This document shows, one piece after another, positions 39,501-50,936 of a stretch of 64,000 nt of DNA. A program made the position numbers and the translations under genes. The DNA is taken from positions 811,055 to 875,054 of the forward strand of contig NMRA01000070.1 in NCBI GenBank assembly GCA_002633005.1, in the 5' to 3' direction. A model generated the notes under the pieces. That model saw only the letters and a program-made list of their open reading frames with translations. It searched no databases and was not told the origin of the DNA. The first letter of the stretch is position 1. Each line of letters opens with the position of its first letter. Source of the DNA: Phoronis australis (taxonomy: Eukaryota; Animalia; Phoronida).

Positions 39501-41339
39501 TAATTAAAAAAATGGTTACAAATGTTTGGTTAATCAAAAATGTCACTTGTAGGTAACAGATACAATCAATTTTCCAAGAGAGGAGGTAACTCCCAGGACA
39601 ATTACTCTAGTTTCACTTCAACTGTAATTGGCAAGATTCTGCAAAGTTTGGTTTGATATTTTAATGTTGTGTGGTCTACATTGTATTCTGCTGGGATTGA
39701 AGATTGAATAGCTATTAAAAATCGTTTCTCTCATACTTTTAGTAACTTTGCCCTCGAAGTAGGACATTTGATGGTTTGACCTCATTGTAACTTGTGAAAG
39801 AATTCATTTTATTTTTAGAATTAAGAGGATTTTGTTAATTAAGCTCAAATATTATGAGAAAATAAAGAGTATCTGCTGCACATTTACAAGAACTGCCGAC
39901 CCTGGAGGAAGTAGGTGGATGCTCTTGTTTACTTATTAAAGATTTTTAAAGTACCGGTACATTCTGGGTGGAGTAACGTGATACAGACATTTGGAACCAC
40001 TGTGCAATTCCTTTTGCTTCTGGCAAAAGGTAGAAAGACAGTTGGCAGTATAGCTCAAATAGCAGCAATATAGAGAAAAGATAACATAGTCCATAGGCTA
40101 TGATCGATATGTTAGTAGATGTATGATGTAGTTTTTATTATAGCTCGGGAAATCTCCAAAATGCGAGAAAACATGTGCTCATGTATTAACGCGACGACGT
40201 CAGAATGGGGTTGCATGTGTCAAAATGCGGAAAATTTTAATGCTGTATAGGAACGATAGAGCTTTAAAATTTGGGACTGGCGCACCAACAGAGGGATAGT
40301 TCAATGGTAAATTGGACGAATTGTGCTGACAAATGTTGGATCTTGGTTTAAGTCAAACCAATGAGAAAGTCGAAAAGATCTTTCTTCGCTTATTCAGTGC
40401 ACCGTGCCAGGATTAGCTAGGAGAAGGTTAACCTACATGTGTCTGAGAATGGCAGTAGACTTATATTGACGCACTACAATAAAGTTAGAGCGAGATTTGG
40501 GGGACTGAAATTCATTTCTATACACAGTCGTTCATTGCTTTAAAAGCAGAGGAATAAATCCCATTGTCAGCTTCTCCCAATGTTCGATTAGGTTAAGTTC
40601 ACTAATTTATTTTAAAAATTTGGCATCGGCTGTAATAGACCCCGACCGTGCGGCTAAGGCAAATTCTTCTTACCAGTGGGAAATGTATGGGACATGACGT
40701 CCATCATCCGTTGGTGATTCACGAGGTTTGCAGTAGTAGGCCATTCGTATAGCACACCACACATCAATGAAAATGTGTCGGCATTATGATAGCAGGAAAG
40801 GTGTTAGAACACTGTTTATACCAGTAGATTGAAAAAGCTAGTGAAACTTTGCTGATTATTAGTCACTTTTCAGTCCCGAGACATAGTCGCGAGAATGTAT
40901 TGGGAGCGCCGGCCGGTGGTCGTCCTAAAAATACCCAATCATCGGCCATGGGCCGTAGCTCCAAGCTTTTCATCCTGTGACCATGTCAGGGGGGCAACTT
41001 TATTTTTTCTGCATGGACAGATATACGTCGAGCAGTTGATACCTGAAAAATTCACACGTTTTAAGTTGCCCATTTTTTGTACAAAACAGTTTTTTTGTGA
41101 GTCCAAATGTTACAATATTGAACAAGAGGTGGCGCTATATCCAACAAAAGACTAACACAACAGTGGCGGATCTAGGATATCACAAGGGGGCCCAACATTT
41201 TGTCCTGCTGTAAGCATTTGCGCAAACCACGATTGTAGATGCGCATAGCACCGAATGGGGGGAGGTCGGAAGGGGGGTTTAGTATTCAAGAAAAAAGGGA
41301 AAAAAAACACGGAGAACGTGTCAAAACAGGAAAAACTGC

Positions 41340-41408
41340 GAGCACCACAGACTCGAACTCACGATCTTACGGATAAGGCGCGCGTGCTTTACCACTACAA
41401 CAGCACGC
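41340..41408 (-). repeat. tRNA-derived SINE-like head (not a functional tRNA)
   Basis: The minus strand reads gcgtgctgttgtagtggtaaagcacgcgcgccttatccgtaagatcgtgagttcgagtctgtggtgctc, with A-box-like tgtagtggt and B-box gagttcgagtc. The acceptor and anticodon stems pair poorly. Confidence 0.5.
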
Positions 41409-42540
41409 TTTAACTACCTATCTTATTCTAAGAAACCTATTTGTATATGGTCCACAGTGTTTGCGCGCGAAACCTACTTCTTTTTGTAATGCTTATTACT
41501 CGTTTTATATTTTATGCAATCGGTTCTTAACAAATTTGCTGTATTTAAAATAGTCTTCAAATGCCCAAAAGACCAAATCCGTTTTTCGTGTTGGCAATAA
41601 TGACGGGATTGCTTTGGAAATTGTCTTAAGTTAAGGTTTGACAAAGAGAGAATTATGAGTTTCTGAGTGATTCACTAAGGCTTCGATTAAAATTCACATC
41701 TTACCAGCAGCTTCTGTTTTTCCATCGTCACTCAGGTTCCATTTTCTTTAAAAAATGAAGTAAATTTTCTTCATTGCACAGTGGAGCAGACGACGGAAAT
41801 GGAATCGTAGTGCGCAACGCCACTGCCGGTCGTCTGGGATATCGCGGGAGAGCCTATTAGTCATAGTTCCGTTACGAATGCGCCGTGTTCCGAATTTGAC
41901 ACAATTGGATCTGAGCCCCCCCCCAAACACTAAAATTGCACACATTTAAATCTTGTTTCATCCGTATAATTTTAATTACCGGGGTTAATTAATAAACTCA
42001 ACATTTCCCTACGCTCTTGCTGTTTTATTTTTTTTGCGGCAGCCAAGGGGGGGGGGGGGNNNNCCCGCCCCTAACTCCGCCTGGCACAAGATGGCATCTA
42101 ACATGGCGGCTCCCTCAAGAGATGCTGTCAATGAATGCTGCATGTTACTTTCAGGCAGTAAGTTCATCTGATCTGTTGAGTTTCTCGAAACTGACATGGG
42201 CAAAAAGCATTGACTATGTGAAAGAATGACTTTCCCTTGGAGATAAAGACGGTACTGAATGCGCACAATATGTCACCAGTTGGCATTTGCATCAAGTAAT
42301 TTCACGGATTGGCGTTGGGCTCCAGGCAGTACAAATGATGTTATATAAGCTTACTGGCGTTACAAAGATTGACAGAGAAAAGAGGAAAGATTGCGAAACT
42401 ACAAAATATGCCGAGAACAGAACCCCCTGATTACGACCAAGATGATGGTGAGTGTTATTTTTTTCTGGGAGTATGGTAGATTGACGCAAGTCACTGAGTC
42501 AGGCTGCCTGAGTCAGTGACCGTGTAGTCAGTGCCTCAAT

Positions 42541-42792
42541 GGGAAACAGGTCACTTCTAACCCAAGTCAACTAACTCGTACCCAAGTCAAATTTCAAAAG
42601 TATTTCAAAACTATTTAATTTAGCAAAGCAGTGATTAAAATCAATCAATCGTGACATATTTTTTGCAAAACGACTCAATATTGTCCATTATTTAGTAAAT
42701 GAAAATGAAAATTTATTAGTTATGTTATTTAGCACGGGTACGAGTTGTCTTGGGTGCGAGTTGCGGCTAAGGTACGAAATGACTGGAAAGCC
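42541..42792. mobile_element. MITE with subterminal aactcgtaccc/gggtacgagtt repeats, nested in the Academ-like element
   Basis: The left end has gtcacttc...caactaactcgtacccaagtcaa. The right end has gggtacgagttgtcttgggtgcgagtt...ggtacgaaatgactgg, in inverted orientation. Confidence 0.55.
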
Positions 42793-45060
42793 CTCATATG
42801 CACAACTGGTCAATAAAAGACTGTGTTCCCTGGACTCGGTGTCTGGCCTGCTTGTGTTTGAATCGAGCAGCCAGGTAATTCATTGAGTAATAGGCCCGTG
42901 TGATCGCATTCAAATGTAGGTAGGACCCAATAACAAAATGAACATTTTCTTCTGTGTACATTTTTCTTTTCTCAGTAACCATAACTCTGAGCATGTTGTA
43001 AGATAAAATTATATTTTCTGTAATGTCCAGGGGTGAGAGGAGAGGTAATCTCCATACTCGAAGCTCAGCTTGAAAATTGACCAATTGCATGCCACAATTC
43101 GAGTAAATTCACTTGAATTATGCAGTGTGGATGGTTAGGCTTTGAGCCTGAGTTTGGAGGTTGCACCCTGGGCCCAGGTAATTGCCCATCAATGTTATTA
43201 TTGACTACAGAATGCACCTATATCTGGAGCATCACCTTTAGTTTACGTTTTCAAGCTAATTTTACTCACAGGTTTTGCTAAAAGGCGCATAGGTGCCTGA
43301 ATTTCAGATGTAGGTGCAGCTTCACACATGTGGTCGAAGAATAACGAAGTATATAGCAAATATTTTGAGAACAGTCATTTTTATTGAACTTCTACTCATT
43401 CAACATAGTTTGTTGATGGTTTGCTTACAAATAAATTTTGTGCAGTGTTGTTAGGACACTATCTTCAAAAGTTCCCATTTTATGTGTTATTTGAAAAAAC
43501 AAAAATTATTTGAGGGAAAGCACAGTTTAGAATACTTGCATGATTGCGAAGACTTGTGTGCATATCTGAAATTGCATGTTAATTTTCAAAAAAAAAATTG
43601 TTTTCAAGAACATTTTGCTTACAAACCCATGGGTATCTTTTTCACATTTGAGCACAACTGGCTAGGCCTTGTATATGCACGTCTTATTTTGAGTGTTTTC
43701 TGTCTGTCCTTTGACCATTCTTTGTACTTCCATTTGGTTATTGTAATAAAGAATTGAGTACATATCAACATCTATAGTTTTGTAGGACAGGCCTGCAATG
43801 CTTTCCATAATTTTAAACTCTGACAACGGTTTTTACTTTTAATTTGCCTGGTTGCAGGAGGGTTGTTTTTGGATGCTGCTAAGGCAGGAAATGACATGGA
43901 CATTTTGATCAGATTACGGGGAAGAGATCTGGTAGCACTTGAAGCCAAATACCATCGTGCTTGCTACAAAAGCTTCACAAGACCACTGACAAAACAGAAA
44001 TAGTAAAAGCAGTGAAATTTTCATAGATGTATTTCAAGAGTTTTGCTATGACGTTGTGGAGCAACAATTCATTAGTCCACAACGGAATCAGAGTGAATTG
44101 TTGTTAAACAAACATTTGTTCTTGTGTAAATGCTGGACTAAAATGCACTGAAATGTGCAAATGCCAAAACTGTAAGAATGTCAAAGTGAGTGATGAAATT
44201 CACTCAGATGTCGAGTAACGGTGTGATAGACTTGCATCCCAGCCCGGCCGGATGATCTTGGAAAGGCATCTTCTCAAGAGTCCGAAACCAGGCTAGTAAC
44301 TGATTTGTGAAACATTTTTCTATTTTCATACTAATGTCTCTAGTAATGGCTTTTTATCTAGTTAATTTCTCGGCCTTTTGTACTTCATCCGATTGTATTT
44401 GTTGTTATTCTAAGTGTACTTTTGGTCTCCTTTATTGACATGTTGTATGCTTTGGACTTGTAGCAATGATTGTCTTTATATAACAGATTAGTAAATGTGT
44501 GATAAAATAAAGGCCAGTTTGATAATTAGGGTTTTACCAACAGTAAAAACAGCATAAAACACTATAAATGATAGTTCCATATTTCGCCAACAGGTGACAC
44601 CCATAAATTCATATTTCTTCCATAATTTTACATTTTAATTGAAAAATATAACAAAGTATGTGTTTAATTAATAATATGACTTAATACAGCCTGTACAAAT
44701 AGTATCTGCAGTATCATCCTTTATGGACACTTAATTTTCTTCTTTTCTAACTTTTTTAAATTCCATAGACTAACATCACATTTCTCAAAAATGTGCAAGT
44801 TTAAACATGGGAACTTAAGTTTTTGATTCATAAACTACAATGTTTTGTGACATCAAAAACACCTGAATTAAATTGCACCCCTAAAGAGGTCACAGAAGTG
44901 GTTTTCTAAGCCTCCTGTGGCCTACGGCCCATGGCCTAATCAGTAGTCCCGATCCGATAAGAAATCGCCAGGTATCGGGATAGAAGTAAATTAGCGGTAT
45001 AAATGTAGGTCAAGCTCCCTCATATGTGACCAATACCTTACGTGGCTGATGAAAGGGTAT

Positions 45061-45785
45061 CAAACAAAATTATTGCGCAAATGTTTAGTTGTCTAAGCTC
45101 ATATCGAATTACTGGCATCGATTTTGCAACCGTCGATCCTGGCAAGTTAGGTTCATTGTTTTCTTTGTCGCAATAATGAGATCATTACCATAAAGCTTGC
45201 GTGAGGTCATGAGTATTCAGACGTGATCCCACTCGTTTCGCCTCACCTAGTATCTTCAGTAGCACGTTCTGGGAACTCGGAGTAACAAACAAAATTATTG
45301 CGGAACTTTTTTGTCTAAGCTCGTACCAAACTGGCATCGTTTTCGCAACCCTCGATCACGCCATGTTGAATGTTTCATAACGAATAGGCTTACTTTGTTT
45401 GGTCTGCCAGACAATAGGTCACGAGTTCAAAGTTTGTTTAATGACTTGAGTATAGCCTACGTGTATTTTAAGACGTGATCCACTCATTTCGCCTCACCTA
45501 ATATCTTCAGTAGCACGTTCTGGGAACTTGGAGTAAAAAACAAAATTATTGCGGAACTGTTTTGTCTAAGCTCGTACCAAACTGGCATCGATTTCGCAAC
45601 CCTCGATCACGCCATGTTGATTGTTTCATAACGAATAGGCTTACTTTGTTTGCTCTGCCACAATAGGTCACGAGTTCAAAGTTTGTTTAAGGACTTGAGT
45701 ATAGCCTACGTGTATTTTCAGATGTGATCCACTGCTTTCGTCTCACCTAATACATGTATCTCCAGTACCGCGCTCTGGGAGAACA
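45061..45785 (+). repeat. Three tandem ~225-250-bp units directly upstream of the acyltransferase ATG
   Basis: Units start at ~45061, ~45286 and ~45537 (caaaattattgcg...tgtctaagctc...ctggcatcg...cctcaccta.tatcttcagtagcacgttctgggaac). There is a single homologous copy at ~63583-63745. Confidence 0.85.
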
Positions 45786-45795
45786 TTATCTCAAC

Positions 45796-48700
45796 ATGTC
45801 CAGTGAAGAAACTAAAGGTGTTGTTCGCGCACTGGGGAATTCGGATGACCACTTTGCCGACTGCATGAATTTCACTGGAATGATGAACATCGTGTACTGC
45901 ATAGAAATGTCCACCAAGAAACAGCTCACTGACTCCATGATGTTTACCTCGTTACAAAACTGGCGAAAAGTGTTTCCCATGCTCCGCATGTCGATAGTCG
46001 AGCGTGACGGTGTGAAATATTTTCAAGAAATGAACAAGGACGTAGTTGATTATAAACGCGTCGATGGCGAGTGGCGTGGAGTCTACCATGAGTTGTTACA
46101 TGCAAGGTTTTCTAAGGAGGGTCCCTTGTGGCTCGTGCGGCTTGTACCGCAAAGTAGCTCGGCCCCAAACGTCTACAAGTACGCCGTTGTTGTCAGTTGG
46201 ATGCACGTGATAACTGACGGAACGTCCAACATTCGCATGTGTAACCGTTTAGCAGAGATCATTGACTCGACTATAGAGGGCAGCACTGTTATATACAGCG
46301 ACGAAGCGGAGGTGATGCCAGCGTGTGAAGCGCTGCTGCCCCAGAAGGAATATACGTGGAAGGAAGTCCTACCGTCGCTTAGAGAAATGCTCGGTCACAA
46401 TGGATCAACAATATGGGGCCAAACGTTTCCAGGTAAGGTCGTGTTCTATACTCTGTTCTCACTCACCCTACCTTGTGACAGTGTATACTTCGGTAGGTAA
46501 ACGGTATTTTTTCGCATTTTATCGTCAGGATGCACTCGCTTATCAACTTCTTCTCAAAAGTATGTTATGTATACAAATGGAAGGAAAGTTTTAAGTTTGA
46601 CTGAGAATAAGATGGTACACGGTCGCGTAGCACAACGAGCAACCTGTTATTTAGACTCTTCTTCTTTGAATCGCTCCACTGTACCTGTACATGTTTGAGT
46701 TTATTTTTTGTTGTCAACCTCAATGAAATGCCTTGAGATTTTTTTCTGGTTTTTGGTCAGTTTAGGTCTCACTTCCGAAATCTTTCCCGGCACTTTACCG
46801 AACAACGGGTCCGGTTATGAATTGCTAAGTTGTGTGTAAAGAAGTAATTTTCTGCGGCTCAAAAGTGCGCCAGTTTCCAAGATTGCTGCCGATTTCCATC
46901 AACCGGGCATGTTAATGATAGCACTATTGACTGTGAGGAAACAAAAGTTTCAAACTACCTGTATAATATAGTTTATAACAAACTTCAGTTTCAGCTTCGG
47001 GCTGACCTTTGCTCAGCGACTAAGGAAAGGACTGACACCAATGTAATTCAACATTGTTCACTTTTTTACTTAATTGATACCCTTAGTCTTGGACTAGTGG
47101 ATTTCGCTGACCACAATACCCTTAAGGCACCCTATAACCTGTACTTTCACTCAGGTGTCTGAGGAGTCTTCCTGATCTTTCGACCGAAGTCTTTGATTTT
47201 ACAAAATTCCGTTCGCCTCCTGAAATAAAATGCGCGCACTTGACCAGCTATGATTTTTGACGAGGTTTTAAAGATCGTTAAATCTGTTTTTGCCTGCATT
47301 AACACAAACGGTAATGTCTCTCGCTATGCGTGCGTGCCAGTAGTGCTTCCTATTCCCCCACATAAGCATAGGTGTCCATTCCGGTAGAGCGTATGGTGCG
47401 TCCGGCGGACTTTCGACATCCGCAGGTTCTATTTATCAAACTTTTGGAAGGCGTTTTAGCACGCGTGTTGGTCCGTAAATTACTTTACTCGTTTTCCTCA
47501 TGCCTGATTCATACCCTATCTACCAAATTTTTGAGTGAATATTGGAGAATTTAACACTTATAGGCGAAGGCAAGGAGTACGAAAAAAATCTCATGCCCGC
47601 AATCGTGGAACTGGCGTCCACCACGATATGGGCAGCGAAAAGGTTCNGTTCAACCCATGACGTTGTACATAATTATTATTTTTTTCAATTTTTGCGTGTT
47701 TCTTTATGAGCTGTGCACTAAAGGCACTGAAATCAAGTAAGATATAATAATAAAATTTATTTTGAGGTACTAGAGTCATGTTGTGTACACTTTAACACAA
47801 ACGGTAATGTCTCTCGCTATGCGTGCGTGCCAGTAGTGCTTCCTATTCCCCAACATAAGCATAGGTGTCCATTCCGGTAGAGCGTATGGTGCGTCCGGCG
47901 GACTTTCGACATCCGCAGGTTCTATTTATCAAACTTTTGGAAGGCGTTTTAGCACGCGTGTTGGTCCGTAAATTACTTTACTCGTTTTCCTCATGCCTGA
48001 TTCATACCCTATCTACCAAATTTTTGAGTGAATATTGGAGAATTTAACACTTATAGGCGAAGGCAAGGAGTACGAAAAAAATCTCATGCCCGCAATCGTG
48101 GAACTGGCGTCCACCACGATATGGGCAGCGAAAAGGTTCAAAATAGACAACACCCAAAATAAACAGGTTAACTGTCGAACGAACACATTGAGTTTGCAAA
48201 CAAACCGGTTGTCTATTTTTTTTTTAATATAGGTTGTTTATGAGAGAACGAACGAGGTAGTTGCGCTAACATTTATTTATTTATTATTGTAGTATTTACA
48301 AAGTGGGTAACAACATGTCAGTTCAATGCCAACAACCACAGCAGAACCGATGGACAGTCTTGTATTTGCAGCAGGGTGTAACAGTGGCGGATTTAGAGGG
48401 GGGCCAAGGGGGCCATGTCTCTCCCTAAAATTCTCCCAAATTACATTTGGGAGTTCGGGGTGCGAATGTCTGACGGAAAAAATCCTGGCTAATACTCTGT
48501 CCTGCCCCCCGTAACTAAAAATCCTGGATCCGCCCCTGGTATTAGCATCCTAGTACTCACCACAACACCTGCATTTCACCGTGGTTGCCATGACAATTCT
48601 CTTTGAGCATACAAGGTTACCCTCGACCTCCTTTTCACTATGGGCGCAATGGCTGCCAGAGCTTCTGTGTATTCAGCCTCCGTGTATTCTGACCCAAACA

Positions 48701-50097
48701 AATGGCTGCTACTTCGAGTCCTTGGCCGTGAAATAATCCATCGTCAACAATTTCCACTGTCAACTATTTCTGGGTCATTGAGTTCCGTGGTCGACGATTC
48801 CCGTCATGCTTAGTGCACATTACATCAAACTAAAACTAAACCCCACTCAACTGATAGTTCTAGCACAACCTAATGCAGGCTTAGCCGAAAATGTAGCTAC
48901 ATTTTTGGTAAGTATAAAATTAGCTGATGTTCAAAAGGAACGGCGGCGAACAAATATGGCGGGAAAAGATCTGATCAGCAATGCACTGCATGCCAAAGAC
49001 TTCATTAAAAAATGTGTGGGATATCCAGACAACTGTATTTTAAATAACACCAGAAATTTTTGTAAAGTTGCCTTCTCGATTTAAGATTTAAAGACTGAGT
49101 TTGCGCTCGAAAAAACCACGGATAGACGTCGACTGACTGAATCATGACGACAGCTGGAGTACTGTAGGAGAATTGTCTGGGATTGAGGCCCAAAGACGAC
49201 AGAGGAAGAGAAGAGATTGAGGAAAAGAAGAGCGAGGGAGAGGGAGGAAAGAAGTGGGCGGGTAGATGGGTGGGTTAAGTTGTCCATTTGGTAATACTTA
49301 GCTAGTGAGTTAAAGAACGAAGGCATGGACGTAAGAACTTAAGTAAGTTTTGATTAGAGAGTTACCGAACGTACACTATTTCTTTTCCAGTCAACAAGGA
49401 AAGCGAGTACGCGATGCACTTCTTCGACATGGGGTCATTAACGGAGGAGGAATCTGGGAAATTGGTTCGGCGTTGTAAACGGGAGAAAGTCACCGTGAAT
49501 AGTGCCTTGGCCAATGCCGCCAACCGTGCTGTTTTTGCAGAGTTGAAGAACGGTGGCGCCGAAGGTGAAACGTTCAACTTGATGACCTCTCATGCTGTCA
49601 GTCTCCGGCGTTACTACGAGCTCGACCAGGATGTTTATGGGTTTAACGTCGGACTTCTTAACTTATCAAGTGCAGTTTCCGTTCAGGATATGGGGGATTT
49701 CTGGCCAACCACCAAGAAGCTAGGCAATGACGTCATTGATGCCTTGAATAAGGGTGACTTACAAAAAGAAATACTCACGGTCAATACCCTTTTCGACATG
49801 GAAACTATGTTAGCGCAATCGTCAGACCAGTCGGCGACTCAATACGATGTCTGCTTTTCCAATCTCCGTGACGTAACTAGGATGTTTCCAGGGAAGTACA
49901 AGAATGTAGAAGTTACCTGGTTGTGTCGGTCCACCGCTTGCCAACATTTCGGAGTTCCCCTCCAATTCAATTTCACCACCTTTCGTGGTAGACTGTTGTG
50001 TAGTGTGGACGTTAATACTTGGTATTGTTCAACTGAACAGGCCTCGAATATCGGTAAATTGACCATGGATACACTAAGATCAGCAATTTCACAGTAG
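45796..50097 (+). CDS. CoA-dependent acyltransferase (condensation-domain / alcohol acetyltransferase / PapA5-like), 447 aa; exons 45796-46432 and 49391-50097
   Basis: A phase-1 donor cca g|gtaagg (46432) joins the acceptor ttttccag|tc (49391), in frame with ORF 49414-50097. The HxxxDG motif is MHVITDG (His 46204). Also present are P.LR..I, GPLW.V.L, CKREKVTVNSAL, SLRRY, FSNL and TTFRGRL. The start is supported by the paralog beginning MSSEE at 63847. Confidence 0.88.
47299..48139. repeat. ~348-bp direct duplication (47299-47646 / 47792-48139) with N at 47647; probable assembly artefact
   Basis: The identical ORF occurs at 47372 and 47865 (offset 493), and the first copy ends at the N. Confidence 0.85.
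48382..48538. mobile_element. hAT-type MITE
   Basis: Ends are cagtggcggattta... and ...ggatccgcccctg, with gggggcc internal repeats. No clear TSD is visible. Confidence 0.55.
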
Positions 50098-50936
50098 AAC
50101 AACTGAAAATACTAGTTTCCTGATCCCTTCAACTGTACACTTATCAACTCGGCATAAGTATGGTCGGAATCGTCTGAAGCCTGTTTTACAAAAGGTCACG
50201 AATACGCTACAGTAGGAGCAGTAGCAGTAGTACATGTATTTGTTGCTCAGCAATGTATTTTTAATGACTCTTAAAGTCGATTTTGCATGCTAATTGTGTG
50301 ATTGTTTGGTCAAATTAGTTAGAAACGCAAAATATAGCGACGGTGTGAATATGAAGTACTTTGAAAATTGCCAAATGTTTTTAAGGACGAATTTCGTGTC
50401 GAACAGAATCTGCCGTAATTCACTCACCCGTGTCCAGTTAGTATCGTGACATGGTGTTGGGGAATAAAACTGAATGTCACGGGTATGTGAGCCCCCAAGG
50501 TACATGTCGTTAGTACAAAGGTCCACTATTTGCAGATTTTTTGTTTTCACACTTATAATGTCTCAATGAATACAACTGCGCTTTGCTTAGCGTAGATGAT
50601 GTTCAAATAGCATTGTCGCTAAGTAGGCTATAGTCCAGTCGACTCTAGCAAGCCTAGAAAATCACTTTCGTGGCTAATTTTTGAAGGCAAGATAATTTTA
50701 GTGTTTTTAAAGTCATTAAGTACTATACTTTGATAATCTAAAAAGTTCCCAAGGTTTGACTTGCACGTTTTCGAGAAATTCGACCTCAAAAATCTGACTT
50801 TTTGCAAAATTTGGCACAGAAAACCAATCTTCAAGAACAAACAACACTAGACCCAATCTGAATAATAATTTGATTGGGTTTTATTCATCTGAAGTTACTG
50901 GACAAGAAAAGTGATAAATATTAAAACATTAGGTGG

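Larger units (their letters stand above)
40942..44938 (+). mobile_element. Internally deleted Academ-like DNA transposon, 17-bp TIRs, 4-bp TSD atca
   Basis: The left end is tcggccatgggccgtag (40942-40958) and the right end ctacggcccatggccta (44922-44938). atca lies at 40938-40941 and 44939-44942. Internal transposase fragments are RGRDLVALEAKYHRACYKSFT (~43858-44003) and CSCVNAGLKCTEMCKCQNCKN (~44117-44180). The flanks are contiguous in the paralogous region ~63380-63480. Confidence 0.8.

Noticed and set aside
45754-45795. Upstream ATG 45754 as the acyltransferase start; read-through of exon 1 to 46500
   Set aside because: The paralog begins at the MSSEE equivalent (45796), and ATG 45754 lies in a tacatgta insertion within a repeat unit. 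A strong donor at 46433 links in phase to the C-terminal exon.
47299-48139. Duplicated 60-aa ORF (47372 / 47865) as a gene pair or LTR pair
   Set aside because: It is intronic, the first copy ends at an N, and there are no TG..CA ends or TSD. It is likely a scaffolding or haplotype artefact.
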